Source: an uncultured Actinomycetota bacterium
GTDB lineage: Bacteria > Actinomycetota > Geothermincolia > Geothermincolales > RBG-13-55-18
Assembly (NCBI GenBank): GCA_964415205.1
Contig: CAYPZH010000003.1
Location: forward strand, 1,736-46,183
DNA length: 44,448 bases
Direction of reading: 5' to 3'
Of the stretch, positions 27,467 through 36,794 are shown in pieces (position 1 is the first letter of the stretch; every line of letters begins with the position of its first letter). The translations under genes and the position numbers were made by a program. A model generated the notes under the pieces. It saw only the letters and a program-made list of their open reading frames with translations, did not search any database and was not told the DNA's origin.

Positions 27467-28597
27467 GTGAAGGCGATGATCCTGGCCGCCGGCCTGGGCA
27501 CGCGCCTGCGTCCCCTCACCGAGGAGATATCCAAGCCCATGGTCCCCATCGTCAACCGTCCGGTGATGGAGCATATCGTCGACCTCCTCGCCCGCCACGG
27601 TTTCGACCAGCTTTATGTCAACCTGCACTACCACCCCGATGTCATCACACGGCACTTCGGCAGCGGCGACCGCTGGGGGGTCTCTATCTTCTACTCTTAC
27701 GAGGAAGAGCTGCTGGGCACGGCGGGCGGGGTGAAGAAGCTGCAGGGGGAACTGGGCGATGACACCTTCCTGGTCATCAGCGGAGACGCCCTCACCGACC
27801 TCGACCTCACCGCCCTCTTCGCGTTCCACAAGGCGCACGGACAGCCGGCCACCCTGGTCGTCACCCCGGTCAACGACCCCTCCAAGTACGGCGTGGTCAT
27901 CACCGAGGAGGACGGCCGCATCACCGGCTTCCAGGAGAAGCCCAGCCGCGAGGAGGCGCTGAGCTTCGTCGCCAACAGCGGCATCTACGTCTTCGAGCCC
28001 GGGGTGCTGGAGATGATACCACCCGGTTTCTACGACTTCGGTTCCCAGCTCTTTCCCCGCTTCCTCGCGGAGGGCATCGCGTTCTACGGCTACCGCCACG
28101 GGGATTACTGGAACGACGTGGGCAGCATGGAGGAGTACAAGGCGGGCAATTTCGATGCCCTCACCGGCAAGGTGAAGGTCAGGATACCGGGCGTGCGCAT
28201 AGGCGACGATGTGTGGATAGGGGACGAGACGGTGATTGAGGAGGAAGTGATCATGGTGGGGCCCCTGTGCGTCGGCGCCAACTGCGAGGTGAGGAAGGGC
28301 GCCAGGCTCTTCGGGCCGCTGGTGGTGGGGGACCGCACCATCATCGACGAGGGGGCCATCCTCTACCGCGGCATCAAGTGGGGGGACGGGTACATCGGCA
28401 AGGACGCCCACCTCCTCGACTCCATCGTGGGCTGGGAGGCGGAGATAGGCAACGGCGCCGCCCTGCTCGCCGACACGGTGGTGGGGCACCGCGCGGTCAT
28501 CGGCGAGGGCAGCATCATCCACCCCAGCGTGAGCATCATGCCCGGCTCGGTGATCGAGAAGAACCACCACTTCAAGGGGGAACCCGGGGACGGGTAA
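27467..28597 (+). CDS. Sugar-1-phosphate nucleotidyltransferase with a C-terminal left-handed beta-helix (specificity unknown)
   Basis: ILAAGLGTRLRPLTEEISKPMVP, LGTAGG and a hexapeptide-repeat C-terminus. It starts 4 nt after the mtnA stop. It is a paralog of the manC-like gene at 21402. Confidence 0.85.
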   Translation: MKAMILAAGLGTRLRPLTEEISKPMVPIVNRPVMEHIVDLLARHGFDQLYVNLHYHPDVITRHFGSGDRWGVSIFYSYEEELLGTAGGVKKLQGELGDDTFLVISGDALTDLDLTALFAFHKAHGQPATLVVTPVNDPSKYGVVITEEDGRITGFQEKPSREEALSFVANSGIYVFEPGVLEMIPPGFYDFGSQLFPRFLAEGIAFYGYRHGDYWNDVGSMEEYKAGNFDALTGKVKVRIPGVRIGDDVWIGDETVIEEEVIMVGPLCVGANCEVRKGARLFGPLVVGDRTIIDEGAILYRGIKWGDGYIGKDAHLLDSIVGWEAEIGNGAALLADTVVGHRAVIGEGSIIHPSVSIMPGSVIEKNHHFKGEPGDG

Positions 28598-28750
28598 TAG
28601 CCCGCCGCAAAGACCGGACGCTCGCCGTTTCCTCCGGGCAGCGTGACCACGTCAGGAGACCTCGCCGCTGCATCGCCGTGGACGCATGCAGTCACCGGCG
28701 GCATCCCCCATCCGCCTGCGGTTACCCGCAAAGCCCGGCCGCCCTCCCCG

Positions 28751-28778
28751 TTGACAAGCGCCCCGCATGGTCTAATAT
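28751..28778 (+). promoter_or_regulatory. Sigma70-type promoter, TTGACA-16-TAATAT
   Basis: A consensus -35 hexamer and a near-consensus -10 hexamer sit inside a conspicuously AT-rich island about 45 nt upstream of the ATG at 28822. Confidence 0.55.
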
Positions 28779-28821
28779 ATATAATATGCATAACTTAATA
28801 AACTTGAACATAAACGTCCTC

Positions 28822-29529
28822 ATGGAGGTTATCTTCCCCACCCGCTGTTCGGGATGTGGGGCTTACGGCGGTTTTCCGCTATGCCCGCAGTGCAACGCCG
28901 CCCTTCCCCTGATAAGGGGCCCGGCCTGCCGCCGTTGCGGCGCCCCGACCCCGCGGGAGACGGACGGGTGCGGCGAGTGTACGCGGCGCGCGAAAGACCT
29001 CGATGCTGCGGTCGCTCTGGCCACCTACGAGGAGCCCCTGCGTTCGGTCATCCACAAACTCAAGTACGGCAACGGTTGGAGGCTGGCGCCCCTCCTGGGC
29101 GCCATGGCCGCCGTCCGTCTCGCCCCGGCGCTGTCATCACAGCGGACGCTCCTCACCTTCGTGCCCATGCACAAACGCCGCAGGCGGATGCGCGGTTATG
29201 ACCACGCCGAGAGGCTTGCCCGGGGAGTGGGCAGGGCCCTGGGGATGGAACCCGGACGCCTGCTGGAAAGGGTGCGGGCGACCCCCGCCCAGGCCTCCCT
29301 CAGCCACGAGGAAAGACAGAGCAACGTCAAGGGCGCTTTTCGGGCGGTGGGGGAGCGCCTGAACGGTGAGGAGGTCGTCCTGGTGGACGACGTCATGACC
29401 ACCGGGTGCACGCTCTCCGAATGCGCGGCCGCCCTGAAGGCCCACGGCGCCGGTCGGGTCACCGCCTGCGTGCTGGCGCGGGACCTGCTCGGGTGCACGA
29501 GGCCCCGGCCGCGGCAGCGGAAAGGATGA
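28822..29529 (+). CDS. comFC: ComF family protein (ComFC-type phosphoribosyltransferase-domain protein)
   Basis: N-terminal 4-Cys zinc finger (CSGCG...CPQC, CRRCG...CGEC), KYGNGWRL, and the PRT motif VVLVDDVMTTGCTL. The listed ORF from 28267 is an upstream read-through. Confidence 0.88.
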   Translation: MEVIFPTRCSGCGAYGGFPLCPQCNAALPLIRGPACRRCGAPTPRETDGCGECTRRAKDLDAAVALATYEEPLRSVIHKLKYGNGWRLAPLLGAMAAVRLAPALSSQRTLLTFVPMHKRRRRMRGYDHAERLARGVGRALGMEPGRLLERVRATPAQASLSHEERQSNVKGAFRAVGERLNGEEVVLVDDVMTTGCTLSECAAALKAHGAGRVTACVLARDLLGCTRPRPRQRKG

Positions 29530-29596
29530 CTTCCTGCGAAAGAACCCCCTGTGATATCATTCCTCGCGGGCTGCGGGCGCGAGACGGCGAGGGGAC

Positions 29597-31180
29597 ATGT
29601 CCGACCTTGAGCGGGATTTCGAGCAGGCACTGGGCAAGATAGCAGGGGGGATGTTCGTCGTCTTCCTCGGCTATATGGCCTCGTCAGTGTTCCATTTTCT
29701 GGAACGGCTCGTGCTCTTCCGCGGACTTTCCAAGAACGACTACGGGGTGATGATGCTGGGCGTGGCCATCGTAGAGTTCGCGTTCATCCTCGCGGAACTC
29801 GGGCTGCGCTCCGGCTCCCCCCGCTTCATATCCTATTACCGCGGGCAGAAAGACGATGCGCGCGTCAAGGGCACGGTATATGCGACCCTCAAGATAGGAG
29901 CCGTATCGAGCTGCGCCTTCGCCCTCGCGCTGTTCTTCTCCGCGGGTTTTTTGGCCAGCCTCTTTGATTCTCAGCAACTGGAGTCCGTACTGCGGGCCTA
30001 CTCCGTCAGCCTGCCCTTCTACGTCATGGTGATCATACTGTGCAGCGTCTTCAGGGGTTTCGACCGCGTCGGCGTCAAGGCGGTGTTCGAGGACGCCGTG
30101 ATGTGGGGACTCCTCGCTTTCTTCCTGCTGTTGGCCGTGGCCACGAAGTCCGGGCTGGTCTGGGCGGCCGGGGCCCTGGCGGCGGCCGCGGCGATCACCC
30201 TCTTCCTGCTGTTGGTCTATTCGATGCGGGCGTTGCCGCGCCTGTTCGAGACGGTGGCGCCGGTCAGGATGGGAAGGGGCCTGCTCCTGTTCTCGCTCCC
30301 CCTGGCCATGGAGGCGACGCTCAACGTCGTGTTGATCTGGGCCGACACCATCATGCTGGGGGCATACAAGACCACAGAGATGGTCGGCGCCTACAATACC
30401 GCCGTCCCCTTCGCGACCCTGCTCTCGGTGTTCATGTTCTCGCTCATGTACATATATCTGCCGGTGACCACCAGGCTCCTTTCCGAGGGGAAGAAAAAGC
30501 AGATAAGGGGCATCTTCCGCAGCTCGACCAAATGGGCTTTCACCCTCACCCTGCCCCTGCTGCTCATCTACATCCTCTTCCCCCGGCAGCTCATCGTGTT
30601 CATCGCCGGGAACGCGTACGAGGAGGCATGGCTCGCGCTGGTCATCATCTCGCTGGGGGTGTTCGTCAACGTCTTCGTGGGCCCGAACGGGGTGACCCTG
30701 GTGGCCCTGGGCAAGTCACGCCTGATCCTTTTCGACAGCATTGTGGGGGTGACCGTCAACCTGGCCCTCAACTTCCTGCTCATCCCGGGTTACGGCATAG
30801 AGGGAGCGGCATTCGCCACCTTCGCCGCTCTTTTGGTCATCAACGTGCTCAAATCGGTACAGATCTATTGCCTCGAGGGCATACACCCCTTCACCTCCCG
30901 CTATCTCAAGCCTGTGCTGCTGGCGGCGCTGGGGGCTCTCGCCACCTACCCCCTCTTCTCCTGGCTGCTATCCGGCAGTAGCTGGTTCCTGGTCCTGCTC
31001 TACCCGGTTTACCTGACCGTGGCCCTGCTCATGCTGCTGCTCTCTAGGAGCCTGGAGGCGGAGGACGTCGCGGTCGTCGTCCTCGTCCTCACACGGCTGA
31101 AGATCAGGCCCGACCGCGTGAAAAAATCCCTGTCCAGGTTCGTGGGGGGAGAAAGCGGGCGGGACGGCTCTCCCGCCTAG
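29597..31180 (+). CDS. Wzx-like oligosaccharide flippase (MOP/PST family), second copy
   Basis: 527 aa with about 14 TM helices and polysaccharide-biosynthesis-protein architecture. Confidence 0.8.
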   Translation: MSDLERDFEQALGKIAGGMFVVFLGYMASSVFHFLERLVLFRGLSKNDYGVMMLGVAIVEFAFILAELGLRSGSPRFISYYRGQKDDARVKGTVYATLKIGAVSSCAFALALFFSAGFLASLFDSQQLESVLRAYSVSLPFYVMVIILCSVFRGFDRVGVKAVFEDAVMWGLLAFFLLLAVATKSGLVWAAGALAAAAAITLFLLLVYSMRALPRLFETVAPVRMGRGLLLFSLPLAMEATLNVVLIWADTIMLGAYKTTEMVGAYNTAVPFATLLSVFMFSLMYIYLPVTTRLLSEGKKKQIRGIFRSSTKWAFTLTLPLLLIYILFPRQLIVFIAGNAYEEAWLALVIISLGVFVNVFVGPNGVTLVALGKSRLILFDSIVGVTVNLALNFLLIPGYGIEGAAFATFAALLVINVLKSVQIYCLEGIHPFTSRYLKPVLLAALGALATYPLFSWLLSGSSWFLVLLYPVYLTVALLMLLLSRSLEAEDVAVVVLVLTRLKIRPDRVKKSLSRFVGGESGRDGSPA

Positions 31181-32193
31181 GGAGCGGGCCCGCCGCCCTG
31201 CAGTGTCCGCCCCGGGACGTCGTTGTCTTTGACGGCGATGACGTACAGGGAGTCGCCCCTGAGACCCAGGTTGGCCGGCAGCAGAAGCAAGGTGAGCAGG
31301 GCATAGGCGGCGATGCCCGGGGCTTTGCGGCGGCAGCGTGCATACACGCTCTCAAACCCCGGGAATACTTTACCAAGACTTTCCAGCAGGCCGGCCGCAG
31401 GGGTCACGGTGTAGACCTGCCGGACCGCGAAGCCGTTTTGCGCCAGCAACGCATGCAGGCTGGCCGGCGAGAAGTGCAGGAGGTGCAGCGGGACCTGGAG
31501 GGGGAACCACCTGGACCCGAAAAGGCGGAGGAGGTGGCTTGCGGTATTGGGGACCCCGATGATGAGGACCCCATGCGGCCGCAAGATCCTCTCTATCTCC
31601 TTCAGCGTCGCATGGGGGTCCCTGGTGTGTTCTAAAACGTGGTTCGCGTAGACGATATCGAAGGACCCGCCCTCGAAGCCCGCGTCCCAGATCTCTCCCG
31701 AGAAGATCTTCAGGCCGCGCCTGGAGCCTCGCAGCGCCGCGACAGGCGAGATATCGACGCCCCGTGCGTCGAGCCCCACCTCCTGCCACAAGGCCATCTG
31801 GTCTCCGGCGCCACAACCCAGGTCCAGGATGTGGCGGCCGGGAAAGAAAAGCGGCACCATCTGGGGGACGTTTCTCATCAGCCCGAAGAGGAGCTTCTCC
31901 ACCAGGACGGTTTTCCCGGACCCGGTCCGGCGCAGAAAAAACAGGGACAGCACCAGCGCTCTTGCCACGTGTCTCCACCAGGGCAGGCTTTCCAGGCTGA
32001 GGGACGTGAAGGAATAATAGTCGCCCCCATAGAAGCCCAGGGTTTCGGCTTCGCTCGGCAAGGGGTGGGTGAAGACGACGCCGCAGCCGCCGCATTCGTA
32101 CAGCCGGTATCCTCCAAAATAGTTTTCTTCCGCCTTGAGCAGCGGGAACAGGCCAACTTCCGCCGATAGGCAGACAGGACATCGGCGCTCCAC
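31177..32193 (-). CDS. Class I SAM-dependent methyltransferase with an N-terminal zinc ribbon
   Basis: CPVC...CGGCG ribbon, SAM motif I ILDLGCGAGDQ, and VYANHVLEH in the post-I region. Its stop codon overlaps the stop of the convergent flippase gene within a CTAG palindrome. Confidence 0.82.
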   Translation of the reverse strand: MERRCPVCLSAEVGLFPLLKAEENYFGGYRLYECGGCGVVFTHPLPSEAETLGFYGGDYYSFTSLSLESLPWWRHVARALVLSLFFLRRTGSGKTVLVEKLLFGLMRNVPQMVPLFFPGRHILDLGCGAGDQMALWQEVGLDARGVDISPVAALRGSRRGLKIFSGEIWDAGFEGGSFDIVYANHVLEHTRDPHATLKEIERILRPHGVLIIGVPNTASHLLRLFGSRWFPLQVPLHLLHFSPASLHALLAQNGFAVRQVYTVTPAAGLLESLGKVFPGFESVYARCRRKAPGIAAYALLTLLLLPANLGLRGDSLYVIAVKDNDVPGRTLQGGGPAP

Positions 32194-32476
32194 TTCTCAC
32201 CGCCCTGACAGCCGGGAGCAGGCAGAAACCAGCCCCCCTCGAGAGACTGTGTGCCGCTGCCGGTATCGCCCTGTCATCGGTACTCCTGCGGTGGCCGCAT
32301 CGCCGTTTAACCCCACATTATGCTGGCATTATACCATCGCTGCGCAAGCCGGGCCGCGTCCTTCATGTCTTCTTTTTCTTACTGCGGTCGGTGTTGCTGT
32401 ATTATCATATGAGCATCGAGCTTGCGAGGCTCAACCGGCACGGGCTGGATAAGGGCGATTCAGCAGAGGGGGGCAT

Positions 32477-33493
32477 TTGGAGCCCGATATCAGCGTAGTG
32501 GCGCTCAACTACAATACCAGGGATCTGTTGCGGGCCTGCCTGTACTCCGTGCTGGAGTGCACGGGTGAGCTCGAGCTCGAGCTCATCGTGGTGGACAACG
32601 CCTCCCGGGATGGGTCGGCGCTCATGGTCGGAGAAGAGTTCCCTGACGTTAAGCTGATCGCTAACGACCGCAACCTGGGTTACGCGCGCGGGACGAACGC
32701 GGGTATCAGGGCGTCCTCCGCACCCTACGTGCTGTTGCTGAAACCGGAAACGGTGGTCTCTGGCCGCGCCCTCCGGCTCATGCGCGACTATCTCGAAGCG
32801 CACCCGGAGGTCGCGATGGTGGGGCCCAGGCTGGTGGACGGGGACGGAGTGCATCAACAGAGCTGCCATTATTTCACCGTGCTCGCCTGGAAACACGCCC
32901 TGCGTTACCTGCTCGTCCTCCTGGGCGGCCCCGGATCGAGCGTCTTCGGGCTCTCCACCGATCCGGGCGACAAAGGCAATGGCCCCGTGGAGGTGGACTG
33001 GGTCTACGGTGCCTGTGCGCTGGTGCGCAGGGAAGTGCTGGATGATGTGGGCATGCTGGACGAGAACATCTTCCTGTACGGGGAGGACATGGACCTGTGC
33101 TTCAGGATGGCCAGAGCGGGATGGAAGACCGTCTACCTGCCCCAGGCGGAGATCATCCATTACGGCAACCAATCCTGCAAACATGTATATGGAGAGACGC
33201 GCAGCCTCAGGAGGGCCAGAGCCCGTATAGAAGTGATAGATTATTTCCAGCGCAAGCATTTCGGCGCTGCTCATTCGTATATCATAAGGGCTCTCATGTG
33301 CGGGGGCTCCCTGGCGGCGGCGGCGTCTCTGGGCTCGTTGTACCTTTTCGGCGGCAGGGACCCCGACACCGGCGCCAGGAGCGTCTACGCGGCGAAGGTC
33401 GCCGTCGCCTGTCTCGAGAGCATGCTGTTCAAGCCGGGCGCACCTAGGGCTGCCGTGGAGGGAAGGTCATATATATGCGGGCGCTGGTCATGA
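32477..33493 (+). CDS. Glycosyltransferase family 2 (WbbL-like)
   Basis: TTG start. ISVVALNYNTRDLLRACL...VVDNASRDGS...NLGYARGTNAG...GEDMDLCFR motifs are present. Confidence 0.88.
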   Translation: MEPDISVVALNYNTRDLLRACLYSVLECTGELELELIVVDNASRDGSALMVGEEFPDVKLIANDRNLGYARGTNAGIRASSAPYVLLLKPETVVSGRALRLMRDYLEAHPEVAMVGPRLVDGDGVHQQSCHYFTVLAWKHALRYLLVLLGGPGSSVFGLSTDPGDKGNGPVEVDWVYGACALVRREVLDDVGMLDENIFLYGEDMDLCFRMARAGWKTVYLPQAEIIHYGNQSCKHVYGETRSLRRARARIEVIDYFQRKHFGAAHSYIIRALMCGGSLAAAASLGSLYLFGGRDPDTGARSVYAAKVAVACLESMLFKPGAPRAAVEGRSYICGRWS

Positions 33494-34176
33494 TCCTCGC
33501 CCACAACGAGGAGAACAGCATAGGCGATGTCATCGCCGAGGTGCGGTCCGGCGTGCAGGCCGACGTGCTGGTGGTGGACGACGGCAGCGACGACAATACG
33601 CGGGAAAAAGCGCTGGAGGCCGGAGCGCGATGCGTGTCCCTCGCCTTCAACGCGGGCATAGGGGTTGCGGAGCAGACCGGCTTCCAGGTGGCGGACAATG
33701 AAGGCTATGACCTCGTGGTCAGGATGGACGGAGACGGTCAGCACGATCCCGCGGGCGTCCCGCTCTTCATAGCCTCCCTGAACGAGGGCCGGGCAGACCT
33801 CGTCATCGGAAGCCGCTATCTCTACGGCCGCGGCGGCGAGGGCTTAAACATAAGGGTCATCGGCAACCGCTTCCTGTCCTGGCTGGTCAGCCAGCTCACT
33901 GACTACTGCATCACCGACGCCACCTGTGGGTTCCGGGGATACGCCCGCCCGGCCATCGAGGCCTTCGCCGACGATTACCCGGATGACTTCCCGGAAGTGG
34001 AGGCGCTGATGATGTGCCACCACAGGGGTTTCAGGGTCGAGGAGATATCCATCGATTCACTGCGGCGCCAGAGCGGGGAATCGGTCATCAATGCGGGCGT
34101 CGCCGTGTACTACATGTGCAAGGTCACCCTGGCCGTGGCCATAAGCGGCCTTAGGAAGAGACGACAGGCGGGATAG
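33475..34176 (+). CDS. Glycosyltransferase family 2, polyprenol-phosphate sugar synthase-like
   Basis: VMILAHNEENSIGDVI...VVDDGSDDNT...RMDGDGQHDP motifs. It overlaps the upstream gene by 19 nt. Confidence 0.85.
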   Translation: MRALVMILAHNEENSIGDVIAEVRSGVQADVLVVDDGSDDNTREKALEAGARCVSLAFNAGIGVAEQTGFQVADNEGYDLVVRMDGDGQHDPAGVPLFIASLNEGRADLVIGSRYLYGRGGEGLNIRVIGNRFLSWLVSQLTDYCITDATCGFRGYARPAIEAFADDYPDDFPEVEALMMCHHRGFRVEEISIDSLRRQSGESVINAGVAVYYMCKVTLAVAISGLRKRRQAG

Positions 34177-34200
34177 CGGGAAGATGGGAGGGAAACCGTC

Positions 34201-34605
34201 TTGAACTGGAACATCACCATTACCGGTATAGTCGTGGGGGTGTTGATGATCGCCCTCGTCCTCGAGCTGGTGAGAAGGAGGTCGCTGGGGGAGCGCTACG
34301 CTCTGCTCTGGCTGCTCCTGGCATTGGCCATCATAGTGCTCAGCGCCTGGCCCGCGCTCCTGCAGAGGCTGGCCGACCTGCTGAAGATATACTATCCGCC
34401 CTCGATCATCTTCGGGCTCGCCTTTGTCTTCATCTTCGCCATCATGATACATTTCTCATCGGTCTTGAGCAGGCACGGCAAGGGCTACAACAGGATGGTC
34501 CAGAGGCTCGCGGTCCTGGAGGAGAAAGTGCTGAGCCTGACGGAAGGCGGGTGCGCGGAGGAGAACGGGGATGATGAGGAAGATGTCGACGCCCAGGGCG
34601 GCTGA
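34201..34605 (+). CDS. DUF2304-family small membrane protein
   Basis: TTG start, 134 aa. The layout is TM1, RRR, TM2, an amphipathic segment, TM3 and a C-terminal coiled tail (RLAVLEEKV), matching DUF2304 proteins that typically follow GT2 genes. Confidence 0.65.
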   Translation: MNWNITITGIVVGVLMIALVLELVRRRSLGERYALLWLLLALAIIVLSAWPALLQRLADLLKIYYPPSIIFGLAFVFIFAIMIHFSSVLSRHGKGYNRMVQRLAVLEEKVLSLTEGGCAEENGDDEEDVDAQGG

Positions 34606-36700
34606 TAGCGGAGGCGGACCGCCGGTGAGAGAAAGCGCCTGGCGCAGAGGGGCCAGTGGACTCGACCCCTATACCGGGGCACTGCTGGCGCTCATCCTGG
34701 TGATGTGCATCCTGTACACGGCCTTTTTCTTCGGAGCGGACCTGCCCTTCCGCAAGGCCAGTGCCGACACCTTCCCCCACATGGGCCTGCTGCGCACGGT
34801 CGAGGACCGCATGGGGCTGGGCGAGGAACTCGACCCGGACTTGATCCCCGGTCTCTACAGCGGGAACGAGCGCAGCGGCATCAACTACGTGGCCATGGCG
34901 CTCATCGCCTCCCTGCCCGGAGCGTCCAGCTTCACCGCGCTGTATATCCTCGGCCTGTTCGGCATCGCCGTGTTCCTCTCGGGCATCTTCATCCTCGCCC
35001 GCACCCTCTCCGGTTCCTGCCGCGTTGCCTTCCTGGCGGCCGTTTTCTCCCTCGTCCTGTGCAGTACAGAAGCGGTGGTCAGGGGCAGCTCCTTCTCTTT
35101 CGTGGAGGTCCTGGCCTGCGCCCATTATGCTTCCGTTGTGTCCATCGGGCTGATGATGCTGGCCCTCTCCCTAAACATCCGCTACCTGGCGGAGGGGGAC
35201 TGGAGACATTACATCCTGCAACTCGTGCTGGCGGCGCTCGCCTTCAACATCCATCTGCTCACCGGCATTATGTACTTCCTCGTCCTGCTCATACTGGTGG
35301 CCGTCAACGCCGCCTGGGACAGGCGCCTCTCCCGCCGCCACCTCCTGCTTTTGTCGCTTATCCCCGCCACACTCCTTCTCGTCTCCCTGTGGCCCCTCTA
35401 CCACTGGTGGGTGATCCTCAAGGAGGGGGACGTGGTGCTTGAGGGGCCTTACAAGTACTACTCCACGTTCGACTTCGTCTTCCAGTCCTCGGTCATCTTC
35501 TTCATCGGGCTCCCCTTCCTGTTCAAGAAGGAGCGCGGGAGGGTTTTCCTGCTCGCCTGGACGCTCATCTTCGCGCTCATCTCCGTGTCCTTCCTTTTGC
35601 CGCTGAGCGTGGCCTTCCACTGGAGGTTCGCGTTCGTGGTGCGCGTACCCCTGGTGATCGGCCTGGCCATGGGGGTGGGCTTGGACATCTGGAGGCTTCG
35701 TCGCTGGAGGGCTTTCGCCATCCCCGTGATCCTGGGTATCGTCGGGGTGTTCGTCGTCGCCTCGATGGTCATAAACGTGCAGCGGTTCAAAAAGGTCATG
35801 CACGGCAACGACCTCGAGGCGGTGGAGGAGTTCGCCGATTCGGGGGAGGGGGGCATGAACCTGGTGGCCCAGCCGAAGCAGGGGTGCGTTCTGATGGGCA
35901 TATCCGACTACAGCGTATATTCGGTCCCGACGGCGCGCGACGAGAGGAACGAGCGCCTGCTGGAGCTGTACTATACGCCCGTTATGGGGGAATGGGAGGG
36001 GTTCCTGCGGGAATACGGGTTCCAGCGGGTGCTGGTTAACCGCTCGCCTTCCCTTGCCGGCACGGCGCTGCTGCTGAACGGCACGCTATTGGAGAGGAAC
36101 GAGGGTTTCGACCTCTACGGCGTGGACCCGGATGCCCTGGACACGGAGATCGTCCAGAGAATAAAGGACCGCAAGCTCGAGCGGAGCGAGACCGCCGGAG
36201 GCTTTTTCCGCTTCGACGACTGGGCTTACTTCCAGCAGGCCGGAAAGGGCATGATCGGCATCGAGCGGGCGGAGGGGGACGGCGAGACGGGCGAGCCATA
36301 TATGCTTTTCAGCTCGGACGCTCCGGGCGGGGAACTCGTCCTCGCCAACCGCGGCTATATCGAGGTGGACCCAAACGTGCGCTACAGGATCGATGTAGAT
36401 TATCGCATGCCGCCGGAGGCGGGGCGGTTATACCTGCTCCTCTACCAGTACAGCGAGGCCTCCCCCGAGGGAGAGGTCGCGTACGAAAGAAAGAAGGTCT
36501 TCGGGGAGCCCGGGGCATGGACGCAGAGGAGGTTCATCGTGGGTCCGGGGAGCGACCCCAGGGCGAGATTCGTTCTCAGCGAAGAGACCAGGTACGTGAA
36601 GATAGGCTTGCTGGTTTGTTTCGAATCCGCAGGTCAGATGGGCCTGCGCCTGCTGAATTTCTCGTCCGCAAGGGTGGCTCTAGACCGGGAAAACCCGTAA
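34571..36700 (+). CDS. Large polytopic membrane protein with a C-terminal beta-sandwich/CBM-like domain (GT-C-like candidate)
   Basis: 709 aa. More than 10 TM helices are followed by a about 270-aa soluble domain. It overlaps the DUF2304 gene by 35 nt. The start is uncertain. Confidence 0.55.
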   Translation: MMRKMSTPRAADSGGGPPVRESAWRRGASGLDPYTGALLALILVMCILYTAFFFGADLPFRKASADTFPHMGLLRTVEDRMGLGEELDPDLIPGLYSGNERSGINYVAMALIASLPGASSFTALYILGLFGIAVFLSGIFILARTLSGSCRVAFLAAVFSLVLCSTEAVVRGSSFSFVEVLACAHYASVVSIGLMMLALSLNIRYLAEGDWRHYILQLVLAALAFNIHLLTGIMYFLVLLILVAVNAAWDRRLSRRHLLLLSLIPATLLLVSLWPLYHWWVILKEGDVVLEGPYKYYSTFDFVFQSSVIFFIGLPFLFKKERGRVFLLAWTLIFALISVSFLLPLSVAFHWRFAFVVRVPLVIGLAMGVGLDIWRLRRWRAFAIPVILGIVGVFVVASMVINVQRFKKVMHGNDLEAVEEFADSGEGGMNLVAQPKQGCVLMGISDYSVYSVPTARDERNERLLELYYTPVMGEWEGFLREYGFQRVLVNRSPSLAGTALLLNGTLLERNEGFDLYGVDPDALDTEIVQRIKDRKLERSETAGGFFRFDDWAYFQQAGKGMIGIERAEGDGETGEPYMLFSSDAPGGELVLANRGYIEVDPNVRYRIDVDYRMPPEAGRLYLLLYQYSEASPEGEVAYERKKVFGEPGAWTQRRFIVGPGSDPRARFVLSEETRYVKIGLLVCFESAGQMGLRLLNFSSARVALDRENP

Positions 36701-36794
36701 GGCCATATGGCGGGACCCACCCGGCCTTGAGGCCGCGCGACCTCGCGCCGCCCGTGAGGCAGGCTGTATTTACCGCTCTCTCCGCGATGGCCGT

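Noticed and set aside
27242-28570. 442-aa minus-strand ORF.
   Set aside because: It is antisense to the nucleotidyltransferase gene, which has clear GxGTRLxPLT and hexapeptide motifs. Its composition is His/Asp/Val/Gly-rich mirror-frame sequence.
28267-28821. Upstream 185 codons of the listed 420-aa ORF preceding comFC.
   Set aside because: This part overlaps the 3' end of the nucleotidyltransferase gene in another frame and runs through an AT-rich consensus promoter (TTGACA-16-TAATAT). ComF homology begins at the ATG at 28822.
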